Shown here: piece after piece, positions 27,551 through 40,578 of the stretch
Position numbering within the stretch: the first letter of the stretch is position 1
How the letters are laid out: each line of letters opens with the position of its first letter
Source of the DNA: Octopus sinensis
Lineage: Eukaryota
Direction of reading: 5' to 3'
NCBI RefSeq assembly: GCF_006345805.1
Contig: NC_043003.1
Span: 42,780,001-42,844,000 of the forward strand
DNA: 64,000 nt
Notes under the pieces: model-generated
Database searches by the model: none
Told to the model about the DNA's origin: nothing
The model's input: the letters and a program-made list of their open reading frames with translations, nothing else
Translations under genes and position numbers: made by a program

Positions 27551-28272
27551 GAGAATAATAATAAGTAGATGCAATTATAATAACACAGAAGACTGGTTTA
27601 ATACTCAGATTAATTATTTTGTGTTTTAGTCATAGATTTGGGCAACGATAGTTATGCATATGAATACACCACACACATACACACACTCATGCATACACAC
27701 ATACACACACGCATATGTATGTGTATATACATATACATACACATATATATTCAGATTATACATACATATGTATATATATGTGTGTGTGTATAGTTATATA
27801 TACAAGCGTATATACACGCCCACTCACATACGCTCACACACGCGTACACAGACACACACATCTATATTAAAGCAATTGCCTCGAAGGCCGAAATATGCTC
27901 ACTGAGGTGGAACAAAATAATTCGTGTCTGATACACAGGGATATATAAATGATTCAAATAAAAAGAAATATATAATATTAGAATATATATTTTGAAACCT
28001 TGTCAGTATCATGACGTGATGTAGTGACTATCAAAAACAACAACAACAATAACAGGATTTACTAACATCTAATACAAGCATTCCGTTAGTAATACTGCTA
28101 TCCTAACTGAGATCAACGAAACTCAGACGATCAAAATAGAATTTATTGAATAAAATTTGTTCGATTCAACTTTAGAACATTCTGAATAGTTTCTAAATAA
28201 ATATAATTCTGTTTTCTAATATGAAAAAAATCGGTACATGATGAAATTCATTTACATATATATATATAATAT

Positions 28273-28322
<50 letters not shown>

Positions 28323-28469
28323 ATATATATATATATACATACATATTATATGTATATATATGCATATATATGGATATATATATGCATATGTATATGTATA
28401 TATATACATATATATATATTATATATATATATTATATATATATATAATATATATATATACATATATGTA

Positions 28470-28531
<62 letters not shown>

Positions 28532-28645
28532 GTATAACATTTGGTTACATTTGAATTAATTCAGCAGGAGTGGTATTATGAAGACACCAATTGTTCAAAA
28601 TTGAGTGAGTGTGTGTGTGAGAGCGTGTGTGTGTGTGTGTGTGTG

Positions 28646-28695
<50 letters not shown>

Positions 28696-29309
28696 GTGTC
28701 TCTGTGTGTGTGCAAATATACAAATATTTTTCTTTTGTATTTTCTTAAAAGACAGCAGGATTTCATGAAGAAAACGCAACAGAGGCAAAAGAATAAAGTT
28801 ATCTTTATTATTGGAATTTCGTTAAGAATTCTCACTTAGTGCTTCTTTGCTCTTGTGTTTTTTATCTTTATTTTTATTTTCCTTAATCTAATCTTCTTTG
28901 TTCTTTGAATTTTCTTTAAAAAATACAGCAACTGAATATATTGACAACAAAGATTATGTTTGGTTAGGATGTTGTGTTTAATTTTTCATGTTTTAATTGA
29001 GATTTCATTAGTGAATATTCACGTTGATTCAATAGATAATTCTATTAAAGTTATCGAAAGCATCGACAGAACAATTTGTGCAGATATCTAAAAATCTTAA
29101 AACATATTTCACTATGAAGGAAGTGAGCAGATAATCATACAGTAACACGCAAACAAACACAAAAATGCATAGACCAAATGACCACCAACACAAAACGTAT
29201 TCAGACGCAGTTAGTAAAGCAAACATAAAAGTATGCAATTGTACGTATGTGTACTTGTGTGTATGTATATGTGTATGTATATCTGTCTGTCCTTCTACCA
29301 GTCTGTCTG

Positions 29310-29361
<52 letters not shown>

Positions 29362-29656
29362 GCTATCTATCTATCTATCTATCTATCTATATCTATCTAT
29401 CACTATCTATCTCTATATCTATCTATTTATCTATATCAATCTGTTTATCCTCTGTGTCTGTTTTTATGGCTGTATGTAAGTATACAGACACAACACACAC
29501 ATATATAAACACATTCGAAATATGTATAAATAAATATATATGTATTTGTGCATGTATCTATGTATATGAACATGTAGATAGAGAATGACCATATAATTGT
29601 ACACATACATGTGTGTGCGTATATATATATATATGTATATATGTATATATATATAT

Positions 29657-30451
29657 AATTTTAATCCAAACGGGAAACAAAAAAACAACAACAATGGAAC
29701 AATTACAGTATTATTATTAATAGGCGCTCAGGAAAAGGAAGCAGGGAGGTATGACGTTTCGAGCGGAGCTCTTCGTCGGAAACATAAAGAAGGAAGAGAG
29801 AGGAAAGAAAGATCCCAGAGCGGGCAACAGGGAAAGAGAAAAAAGACGACTGGTGTTTACGAGTTGCACATGGTGAAAGGCGGATGTTTACGAAAACAGA
29901 GCAAAGTGGGGTTTTTAAGGCAAAAGAGTGGAGACAAGGTTGGTAACGCAACAGATGTGTGTGTATGTGTGAGTGTGTGCGTGGGCGTGTGTGTATGTGT
30001 GTGTGTGAGGCGAGATGAAAAAACAAAAAAATATATATGTGTGTGTTAGTGTGTGCGTCTGGTGTAGGCGTGTGAGGTAGGGCGAGACAGTGGTCAGCTT
30101 AGCAGACAAAGGTCAGTAGTAAGAAAAAGAAGGAAGGAGGAAGGGAGGGAGGGAAGGGGTGGAGCGTATGTAGCGTGCCAGCGTGTGTTGAGTAGTAGGT
30201 GTGTGTGTGTCCAGTGTCGTGGTGGTATAAATGGCGAGTAGATTGAATGTGTGTAAGAGTAATGTATATATTTAAGCAATGTGTGTATATGTGTGCGCGT
30301 GTGTGTAACGAAAAAGGGGGGGTTAAGGAAAAAGGACTCCAGCTGAGGGGAAGATGGAAGAGTGGTCCCGCGGAGGCGGGCGTGGGAAAACCCAACGACA
30401 CGCGACGGTCCCAGGAACGGGCGGGAGGTCTTGTCGGTTCCAAGAGCGAGG
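29657..30451 (-). mobile_element. Non-coding HHR-bearing (retrozyme/pLTR-like) element, copy 1
   Basis: Near-identical to 59096-59894; HHR motif at 29749-29783; no credible ORF. Confidence 0.7.
29749..29783 (-). ncRNA. Type I hammerhead motif with U4C core variant
   Basis: Minus: GTTT-CCGACGA-A-GAGC(TCC)GCTC-GAAA-CG-T-C|ATAC; stem I has one U-U mismatch. Confidence 0.55.
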
Positions 30452-30479
30452 TGCCTGCGGAGCGTATGCGTGCGCGAAC

Positions 30480-31490
30480 CGGCGCAAGCGCGTGCGTGCG
30501 CGATCCTGCGAGTATGCGCGTAAGTATGTATGTGTGTGGATTGTGAGTGTGTCTGTGTGTATGTCCGGGTGGAAGTGTGTCCGATGAAGTATGTTGAGAT
30601 GTGTGTATGTATGTGTGTGCATAGAGTATGTCCGTGTGTGTGTGTGTGTGTGTATGTGTGTGAGTGTGTTATGTATGTACGTGTGGGTGTGGGGAAGTGT
30701 GTGTATGTGCATTTGTGTCGCGTACATACAGGTGTGTGAGTGAGTGTGTGGTGTGTATGTGTGAGTGTGTATGTATGTTGTGTAGGATGCATGTATGTTA
30801 TGGGTGTATGTATGCGTGTGTGTATGTATGTTATGTACGTGCGTGTGTGTGTGTGTATGCGTGTAGGTGTGCGCGTGTGCATGCATGCATGCATGTGCGT
30901 ATGGTGTGTGTGTGCATGTGGTGGGTATATATGTATGTGCGTATATGTGTGTGTATGGCGTACATGTGTGTGTGTGTGTATGCATGTGTGTGTATGTAGG
31001 TGTGTAGGCGTGTGTGTATAGGTGTATGTATGTAAGTATGTATGGGTGTGTCCGTGTATGTGTGTGTTGTATGTGTGTGTATGTAGGTGTGTGGGCGTGT
31101 GTATATGTGTGTGTATTGTAGGTGTGTGGGCGTGTGTATATAGGTGTATGTGTGTATGTCTGGGTGTGTCCGTGCATGTTGTGTGTGTGTGTGTATGCAT
31201 GTGTATGTAGGTGTGTGTGTACGTGTGTAATGTATGTGTGTATGCGTGTGTATGCGTGCGTGTGTGTATGTAGGTGCGTGTGTATGTGTGTGGAGTGTAG
31301 GTGTGTGTGTGAGTGTGCGTGTGCGTGTTTATGTTGGTGTGTGCGTATGTGAGTGTGAGTGTATGGGTGTTTGTCATGCATGTGTGTGCGCGTGCAGGTG
31401 AGTGTGTGGTAAGTATGTGTGTGTGTATGTTTGTGTGAGTGTGTATGTGTGTATGTCTGTGTGTATGTATGTGCGTATAGGAGTATATAT
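30480..31490. repeat. ~1-kb cryptic (TG/TA/CG) simple-sequence tract
   Basis: Largely alternating purine-pyrimidine without a fixed unit; source of the 427-aa HT-rich ORFs. Confidence 0.85.
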
Positions 31491-31499
31491 ATATATCTA

Positions 31500-31546
<47 letters not shown>

Positions 31547-32161
31547 TACGTTATATATTATATATGTATATATAACATTGATGAGTACATCGGTACACGA
31601 ATACATGTCTATGCTTATTTATTAATAAATGATCAATGAACCTGTTTAGTAAAAGTGTTAGATGCCGAGTTTCTGTATGTGAGTATATGAGTGTGTGAAT
31701 ATGTGTGTGAGCACATGTGTGTGTCTATGTGCGCGTGGGTTTGTCCATTATTAACTTCCTAGTCGTGCCATTGTGCTCATTTAAAACCTACACGATATTA
31801 AATTAGTTCCGTATGTCTAACTACACTTAATTGTATGACAATCTTGAGTTGTATATCATTATCGTGATCACTGATATCCTGTGCTATATTGTATATATTT
31901 AATATATTACAGTCGCTGGAGAATATCGGATATTACATTGTGGATATAACACAGTGAAAAGGCGTAACACAATATATTACGAGAAAGTGTACGGAAATTC
32001 ATATGATAATATGGCGTATCTTTTGGTCAAAATGAATCTAACAATTGTATAATTCACACAAGTATTCATACACACATACACACATTCATAAATGCATACA
32101 CACACAAACAGTCAGTCATACCCACAATGATATACACATATGCACACACCTATGGATAATA

Positions 32162-32214
<53 letters not shown>

Positions 32215-32470
32215 AACGGTGGTGCATCAGCATGGCCGCAGCTCCGAGCTGAAAATAGAGAGAATATATATATATATATATTATATATATATATACACAC
32301 CACACAAACACACACAGAAAGAGAGAGGGAGAGAGAGAAAGAAAGAATGAGAGAGTTGGAAACAGGGAGATCGTTAGATAGATACGTATGTATATATGTA
32401 TATATTATATACATACGTATAAATATATATTGCATACAACATACACACATACACACACAACATATATATA

Positions 32471-32506
<36 letters not shown>

Positions 32507-34369
32507 TGTATGTATATTTAGTGACACACACATACACACATACACGTATGTATGTATGTATATATATATATATGCACATACATATATTCCCGTGCATATA
32601 CACACACATTCGAGCATGTACACACATATACATTTATTTATATCTGAATTTATTCACTTATGAACGCTTAACCATTTGCAGGCATATAATAGTTGGTTGT
32701 GTTTTATTTCCATGGTTCCTTGGGTAGGACGGTCAAGTAGCCTTGAGTATCACAGTTCCATTGAAGCGAGACCATAACCACTAACAAAGTATTAGCATTG
32801 ATTTTTTTTTTTCATATTTTATTATTTCAAACCTGGTTATGAAATGGTAGCAGTCGAACAGGGGCAACTAGTGATCTACCAATTAAATGTCAAAGAATTC
32901 ATAGCTACGTCCTTTTACTTTCAGGATTCAAAATTTATCATTCATTCTTCTCATCACGATAAAATTAGTACCACTGAACTGCAGGTATAGAATCGATACA
33001 TTACAACCCATTACATTAAAAATTTAGCAACACGAATATGGCTATTTCACTGATATCTATTATCAGTTTTTTAAAAGTTAATTTTGTTAATTAATTCAGT
33101 TATGTAATATTTTTATCTGTTGTTTCTATTCGTAGTGCTCCAATATCTCTAGTGACGCCAGAGATGTCTGAATTAAAATTGTGGAAAAATCGAAAACGAA
33201 AAATTAAGCAATAGCAGTGCGAGTAAATGAAGTGTAATTATCTGTGATTCTTTCAAGAGAATTGATATAATATGTGATCGTATTTTGTCATTGTGTTTCC
33301 ATTTTCTTCCTTATATTCCTCCGCTAAACACATCATTAATAAACAGCACGAAAATATTTTTCGATGCTCCGATTCATCCCAGCTAAGCCAACAGGTGTAG
33401 GATTTTAACGAATTGCTTGCAATTACTGTGAAACGTGAAGTCGATGCAATACTGGCGAACCTTCAATGATAAGAGAAACGTCTTTCGAGTTGTCGCCATT
33501 ACTTAACAATCCATCTCATTATGTAATTGTATAACTATCTGTGTAGCTATACTTGGCTTGTTTAATGACCTTATCGATAAAATCGATTTCAATAAATAGC
33601 ATAAGAGATTACACAGTTGTGTCCATAATAAAGATATTTAATTAAACATAGGTTGATAATGACCAGGAAATTACAGATGCCATTCGCGCAAAGGGAACAT
33701 GGCTGAGACAAACAATCTTCCTTTGTGCACTTGAAATAAGATGAAGCGGGAAAAGTTGCAGAAGAGGACCAACTCATTCAAAATTAAAACATGTGATGAT
33801 TTGTGGATTTTACTACAATCCGACTTTCGATCGGCAAACAAACTGTTACAGCAGACCATCAGTAATGTAACAATAAGAAGTCCCCTCTACATAAACCTGC
33901 CGTAAGGAACTCACCTAGTGTTTTCTCTGTTGGGAAATGTATTCTCTTAAGTTAGAAGTTATACTTTTACCGGTCTTCTAAATTCGGTCACGATGACATT
34001 TTCAGATAAACTTGAGTTACATCTAGGAGCAAAGTCTAACCTCAGAGAAGCTAAAGTCACAAAAACAATTAAGGAACCATTTACTGACGCACTCTGATAT
34101 AGCTCTACAAAGCGTGTCTGAGGATTTTGTTCCTACGAGTGAGCTCACACAAGTGAATAAATGGATGAGGGTTGATGTTAGATTGGGATCGACATTCTTT
34201 CTGACAGTTATGTAGTTTCTGGCGCCTATTGGCCTTCATCGTGCGATATGAACATGCTTTAATAAGACAGAAAAATTTGAGGAGGTTTCGGCAGACTGAA
34301 AAAAAATCTTACATTTAGGTTAGTGCATTATTACGGTTTGTACATCTTCAAATAAAACAAAACCCAAAA

Positions 34370-34940
34370 TACAGGGTGGGGCAGAGAGGACGGACGTTTT
34401 TGAAATTACTATTGCACAGCCCCATGAGAAGGGGCAAATGGTCGACAGATAACATTCGGTCCGTAGTGTCTTAACAATTTTTTCTTCTCGGGTGAAGCCC
34501 CGGTGCTGTGGAGATAGAGCATCGCGTGTTTGTCTACGACAGTTATGTAAAGAATAACGAGTCTGTCACAGCAATTCAGCGTGAGTTTTGACGCCACTTC
34601 AATATTCACCGAAATCAGGCTGTTCCCACCCGTAACACAATCTTACGTTGGGTGAATGCACTTCGTATACGAGGTACACTAATGAATGGGAGACCGCCTC
34701 GAACGGCACGAACCCTGGAAAATGCGGAGCGGGTCAGACAGGCTTTGATACGGAGTCTGAATTGCTCTGCTCAGAAACATTCCACTGAACTTGGCATCGA
34801 TAATCGATCAGTAAGGCTTATTTTGAAGAAGACCGGCATTCCCACCCGTACAAATTGATTATTGGATAATTATTGAAACCATGAGACTATGCACAGCGGC
34901 TTAACTTCGCACGTCAGATGGAAGAACTTATGGAGTGACC
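34370..34940 (+). mobile_element. Tc1/mariner-superfamily remnant (N-terminal HTH, DUF4817/Tc3-like)
   Basis: TA-CAGGGTG start. Translation EHRVFVYDSYVKNNESVTAIQREF*RHFNI..VPTRNTILRWV...GRPPRTARTLENAERVRQAL. No catalytic domain present. Confidence 0.7.
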
Positions 34941-34989
34941 TGATATATGTATGTATGCATACATGTTGCTGTCTTTAGTCATGTATGCA

Positions 34990-35163
<174 letters not shown>

Positions 35164-35978
35164 ATATATATATATATATATATGTAATGTTTGTAGTGAA
35201 ATCTCTTCTGAGACAAGCTATTAAATTCTCACCCAGAAAAGATATTTCATAAAAACAAAAGAGGATGAAACAGCAATTAACAAAGGGAACTAGAATACAT
35301 TATTAGACTCAGCAGTAGAACAATACCAAAACTATTAACGCCTACAACTTTCTTAAATAAAACATGTAAACAAAGTATATATGTTACACTACATGAACAA
35401 AATGCGTCCTAGTTACGGAATACCTACGTACGTTATAAATGAGCTCATAAAACAGAATACAGCCTGTACATCCAACCAGAAACAAGTAGCATGAAAACGG
35501 TAGAATTAAAAATCTCCGCATCAACCAGAAACTACTGATATGTAAGGCAGAGAACATATTTCGCATAACCAATATAAAGTAAAAATGAAAGTCTCATCCA
35601 CTTGACTCAAACTCTTACGTTGGACACTGAAACTTTTCGAGGCATTTTCTCACCATCTGACCATTTATTGATACTGAGGAACTTTGAAACTCATCACAAT
35701 ATTGAACCCCACAAAAATATACGTGGAAAAACGCTAGTTGATACCACAATGACCTTACAAAAACTTCCATAATTATATTAGACGGTAAACAAATGAAGGT
35801 TTGTTAACCGCTAAATACAAACCCAAAATTAGTATGTAGTTATAGTAATCTAGTAATAGACAAGTAAAAGACAGTCATTGATGAAGATAATATGATTTCA
35901 ACGATTAAAATATTGGATCAGGCAATGACGATGATGTCATCTGTATCCTCAACTATTTCAGGATCCATGTTGTCGATG

Positions 35979-36010
<32 letters not shown>

Positions 36011-36012
<2 letters not shown>

Positions 36013-36395
36013 TAGCACTATGACCCGGCGTTTCCGGGTGTACTGCTAGTGCTTGTTGCCAGGTCGCAGTAAAAATTTCTCTCTAAATCAAAAGCTAAGT
36101 TTCTTATCACATTTCAGCCCGGACCAGTTTTGTTGCTTATGAGCTAGTTGGAGCTTTTTATTAGAGTAATTTATATTCATTGGACCTCGGCAATGCCCAT
36201 ATGCCTATAACTTATGGGTATAAGGGGTCGGTTTATCGATTTTTTGGCTTTCTGAGGTGACTGGAGAAATGAAAAGATATTCACGATCACCCTGAGAAAA
36301 TTTTGAAAGCCCATAAAAAATGCGAGCCTTTTACGTGAAAAACTGTGGATTTGTATAAAAGACAAACAGACACATAGATACACAGACATTTTGCC
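36011..36395 (-). mobile_element. Non-autonomous Helitron-like element
   Basis: Minus 3' end CCCGG-aaacg-CCGGG, 8 nt, CTAGT abutting (TA)n. Confidence 0.55.
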
Positions 36396-36441
36396 CGAGG
36401 CAGAGTTTACGAAAAAAACAAAAACAGGAATAGAAAAAAGT

Positions 36442-36477
36442 CTTTTACGTTTCGAGCCTACGCTCTTCTACAGAAAG
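36442..36477 (-). ncRNA. Type I hammerhead motif with CUGUAGA core variant
   Basis: Minus: CTTT-CTGTAGA-A-GAGC(GTAG)GCTC-GAAA-CG-T-A|AAAG; all three stems pair. Confidence 0.6.
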
Positions 36478-36794
36478 GGACACAGAAAAAACAAGGAGAG
36501 AAAAATAAATGTGTGTAGTGGCTAACGATCTATCATGGTGACTGACTTCGGACAGAAGGGTCACACACGAGGGGGAAGAAGTAGGGGAGATAACAAAGTA
36601 AAGATGAATACATACATACATACATACATACATACATACAAATGTACATACACATGCACTAAACACATACTAATAAGGAAATATATTGAATAATAGTGAC
36701 AATGACTCACTAAATAAAAATTACTGCAATGCCTTTGACCATAAGTCTGCTCGATCGGAACTGAGATGAACGAAACAGCAAATGCAACAACATT

Positions 36795-36945
36795 TCTTTC
36801 TGAGTTCAAATTTCACCGAGGTCGACTTTGTATTACATCCTTTCGAGGTTGATAAAAGAAGTACCAGTTGAGCATTGGGATCGATGTAATCTACCTAAGC
36901 CTTCCCCCGAAATTACTGGCCTTGTACCAAAATTTGAAACCAATG
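36795..36945 (+). mobile_element. SINE family B fragment
   Basis: ttctgagttcaaatttcaccgaggtcgactttg...gtaccagttg...tcgatgtaatc. Confidence 0.7.
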
Positions 36946-37661
36946 TTTATTTACATATAAAGAAGAAATATTTTTCTTCACATATTTTGTAATTTAAAGC
37001 TGATCAGGTTTCGCTAAACCTTGAAATGAAATAAGTATGGATTTCTAGAGCCAGTGTATTTCGCAAAATAATCAGAAAAAGGATTCTTTCAAAATCTATA
37101 TCATAATGAGATTATACTAAATTATTTCCTTAAATTTGTTTCATTCGTAGGTTTTTTTTTTATATTTCAAAAGAACGTGGATTAGAGTTATGATATAAAT
37201 AAAAAGAAAAAAATGAAAAATATCTCACGAATGTGTATCCAGCAGTAATTCACGTTTCGAAATCGCCTTCCTGTGAAAATTACATTAGCATACATACTTC
37301 GTTTAAACACGTATTCGGCGATCAATCATTAGATTAATCCTAAAATTTAATATAATTTCAGTTAATTTCTTTTATATTTAGTTCCTTTCTTAAAGATTAA
37401 ATTCCACCACCCCTCATTCCAGCATCTACAATTCAATATATTTATAGAATAATTAGAGCGCCCACAACAGTTCTACAAAATTACGATGTTATACTGTGCA
37501 CAGAATTCTGACAGTGCTTCATTATATGTATTATATACATACATACATACATACATACATACATACATCATACATACATACATACATACATACGTACAGA
37601 CTAACAGGCAGACAGGCATGCATACATATCTGTATGCATACATACATAGTTACATACATAC

Positions 37662-38200
37662 GTCTACTCATGGCCAAGGAAGACCATCAGAGGCTATTGA
37701 CCATGCTAAATGCTAGCAGTGTCTGCGCATGAGGTCACTGCGCCAGCGGTTGGCATTACCCGGGTTTGTGCTTGCACATCTCACGCTTGACGCGGCAACT
37801 TCCAGCTCGAACGTGCATCTAAATGTTGCTTCGTCGGCGGTTGCACAACACCTCAGGGGCCGTCTCCACCCTAATCATACGATCCAGAAACAAGCCAGAT
37901 CAAGATATCCAGTGCCAAAGTTAGTTGCCTGCTCAGTAATGTGTGAGAGCCATAATCTTGAGCATAAGCAAAAGTTACCCAAAAGTTTCAGTGCCATCCA
38001 CTGCATATTTGTTATTATACGAGAGTGGCCATACCTTGGAGATATGCTTTAACAAAAGCTGACGTGGGCTTCATATCCAGCGAGCTTCCAGCATGTCAGA
38101 AATTAACCCTGAATTTCTGAGAGCCCGAGCTATCCTGAAATATTCATTGAACCTATACAGGGTTCATGCGTCCTTTTGATAGGTCGTTTTAATCCGGGTA
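37662..38200 (-). mobile_element. Possible decayed RTE-like LINE 3' remnant
   Basis: GC-richer island. Fragmentary minus-strand motifs (RIITNMQW, SRQL.LA, GWRRP) resemble RTE ORF C-termini, but frames are broken. Confidence 0.35.
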
Positions 38201-38475
38201 GATGTATAGCAACCCTCCTCCTTAGGCAAGCGTTAATGGGGCTGCTGGTTTAATCACCAACGACCCGACCATGTAACAGGTTGTACTGCATTCCATGTTA
38301 CCAATAGCGTTCATGAGAGATTTCGCAAGTGATCTTACATATACATACAAAAACACATACATACATTCATACATACATACATACATACATACATACATAC
38401 ATACATACATACATACATACATACATACATACATACATACACATGTCATGGGGCAGTTGTGATCTAGAATAGATC

Positions 38476-38542
38476 ACAACTGCCCAATAAACGGGAACGT
38501 GAGATTTTTGTGATATTTTTGTGATGTTTTTGCAGATTTTAT
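38476..38542 (+). repeat. Old repeat fragment, inverted partner of 40778-40846
   Basis: acaactgcccaataaacgggaacgtgagattt...ttttgtgat...tgcag aligns to the reverse complement of 40778-40846. Confidence 0.55.
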
Positions 38543-38561
38543 AATATATTATATATATATA

Positions 38562-38843
38562 ACTAGCAAGTGCACCTGTTCTTTGGACGGTTTGGTTGCT
38601 CTGGTGGTGCTACTCATAAACCTACAAGGTTTATGAGTAGCGCTCTATGTTTCCGATTAACCTAGGAACGGAAAATCAAATTGAACGCTGGTTTTTGTGG
38701 TAGTCGTTGCACTTGAATGATCATAGAACATGTAAGATTGCAAGCGATGCAAAGTAGAGCTACTGAAGTGTTTCGGGTATAGATTACGGATGGCTACAAA
38801 ATATAGTTGTTATTCATGAAAGCGAAATTTCTTTATATATATT
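38562..38843 (-). mobile_element. Non-autonomous Helitron-like element with internal perfect 15-bp hairpin
   Basis: Minus 3' end ...CTAGT in (TA)n; hairpin gctactcataaacct-aca-aggtttatgagtagc at 38609-38641. Confidence 0.45.
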
Positions 38844-39030
38844 GTAAAGAAATTGAAGGAAGACATTGAAACTTCCCTTCTGCGTGTTTATTTTATATAC
38901 ATATACATATACATATATATATGTATATGTGTGTATGTATATATGTATATATATACATATATAAAGATATATATATATAGAGAGAGAGAAGTGGAAGGGG
39001 TACAGTGAACTTGCCGTAAGGAGTTGTATA

Positions 39031-39063
39031 TCCAACGTTTCGGATTCAATCCTTCGTTAGGGA
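39031..39063 (-). ncRNA. pLTR hammerhead, core mutated (CTAACGA)
   Basis: Minus: TCC-CTAACGA-A-GGAT(TGA)ATCC-GAAA-CG-T-T|GGA; the G5A change predicts inactivity. Confidence 0.6.
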
Positions 39064-39249
39064 AAAAAGAAGATAAAGTGAAAAACACGGGCTCCTAACA
39101 TGAAAAAGAAGTTATAAGGGAGGGCATGCAGAAAGCAGAAGGAAAAGGCTAATGGTGAGAGTAGAGGTAAGTAAATACAAGAATGTTGCAGAGAGAAGGT
39201 GGAGGGAGGATTAAAAAGGGTAAAAAAGAATTACGAGCAGGTGAAAGGA

Positions 39250-39960
39250 TTAAAGGGAAAAACGTCCATTCATACCTGTTGGGGACATATTGTCAAGATT
39301 AAATATGAGATGTTGCTCCTTTTGTTTTCTAGAGAAGTGGGGGTCCGTGGAGCAAGGCCATGTCACACTGATAAATCTGCAGTAGAATGATTCGCAGTGT
39401 TGAGGTGGGTGATGATAGTTTGGCCTGGTATACGTAGCATTAGTCTTCTGATGGTATACGTAGCATTAGGCTTCCCGAAAGCGTTGCCTTGTTTCTCCAA
39501 TGTAAAGAGCACCGCAGAATTTGCATACGAGGCAATATGTAAGATTCGCCGAAGTGCAACAGTAGTAGTGTGTTGTGTGATATTGCTTCTTGGACCCCGT
39601 GATGGTGGTAATATTGTTGATGTAGGGGCAAGTGTTACATCGTCGGCGAGAACATTTAAAGGTTCCTGGTTGTGTGGAGCTGGGAGCTGTGACGCGTCTA
39701 ACAACGAGATTCCTAAAACTCCTATCTTTTTTAAAAGATAGGGGGGTGTGTTGGGTTAGAAAGAAGAATGTGAAAGCTGTGGGTGAGTTTGTGCTTTAGA
39801 GGGAGGATGCACAGGTGATAGGTGAGAGGGAGTGGAATACGGCCGGTGAAATACATGAAGATGGTAGGAGAGCTGCAGAGCGGTTGATGGATAGGATTCG
39901 GTGACGTACCGGGTCGTCAATTGATGAAGGTACCCTCGATTTAGAAAAAAACTGTCGCAT
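39250..39960 (-). pseudogene. PLE RT-linker, Zn-finger and GIY-YIG endonuclease remnant
   Basis: Minus frames: FFLNRGY, GRIPLPLTYH, RNLVV, PGTFKCSRRRCNTCPYI, CTSANLTYCLVCKFCGALYIGETRQR, EQHLIFNLDNMSPTGMNGRFS. Confidence 0.85.
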
Positions 39961-39977
39961 ATTTTCTTCATCTCTAC

Positions 39978-40010
39978 TCCCTGACGAAGGATTGCATCCG
40001 AAACGTTGGA
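39978..40010 (+). ncRNA. pLTR hammerhead, canonical core, in the inverted pLTR
   Basis: TCC-CTGACGA-A-GGAT(TGC)ATCC-GAAA-CG-T-T|GGA. Confidence 0.75.
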
Positions 40011-40084
40011 TATTCTTCTCACGGCAAGTTCACTGCACCCCTTCCACTTTTTTCTATATTTTTCAAGTCTTGTTCACGCAGAGC

Positions 40085-40166
<82 letters not shown>

Positions 40167-40195
40167 TACATATATACAAATTTATACACACATAC

Positions 40196-40244
<49 letters not shown>

Positions 40245-40390
40245 CATACATACACACACGCGCGCATATGTACATATACATACATATTTATATACACACA
40301 CAGGTGAACACATAAGTGCAAATCAAGGTAGGGAAATAGTACTCAAATACTAAAGGTAGACAGGTCTATATTTAAGAGATGAGGAATTAT

Positions 40391-40529
40391 GTACATTACT
40401 TACATTACTTACATTTGACGGATATTTGTCCTCATCTTGTTAGTAGTTTCTGCTGATATACCCTCCAGCCTTCATCAGGTGTCTTTGGGAAATTTCGAAC
40501 CTGGTTCTCTTTCCTAATGTATTTTTCGA

Positions 40530-40578
<49 letters not shown>

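Larger units (their letters stand above)
38975..40065 (-). mobile_element. Neptune-type Penelope-like element, 5'-truncated, with inverted pLTR
   Basis: GIY-YIG remnant plus a ~100-bp HHR-containing terminal repeat at 38975-39075, repeated in inverted orientation at 39965-40065. Confidence 0.85.

Noticed and set aside
30094-31606. Two 427-aa His/Thr-rich ORFs, the longest in the window
   Set aside because: Translations of the cryptic (CA)n-like tract; there is no domain content.
35400-35960. Possible decayed APE endonuclease (SDH motif)
   Set aside because: A single short motif only.
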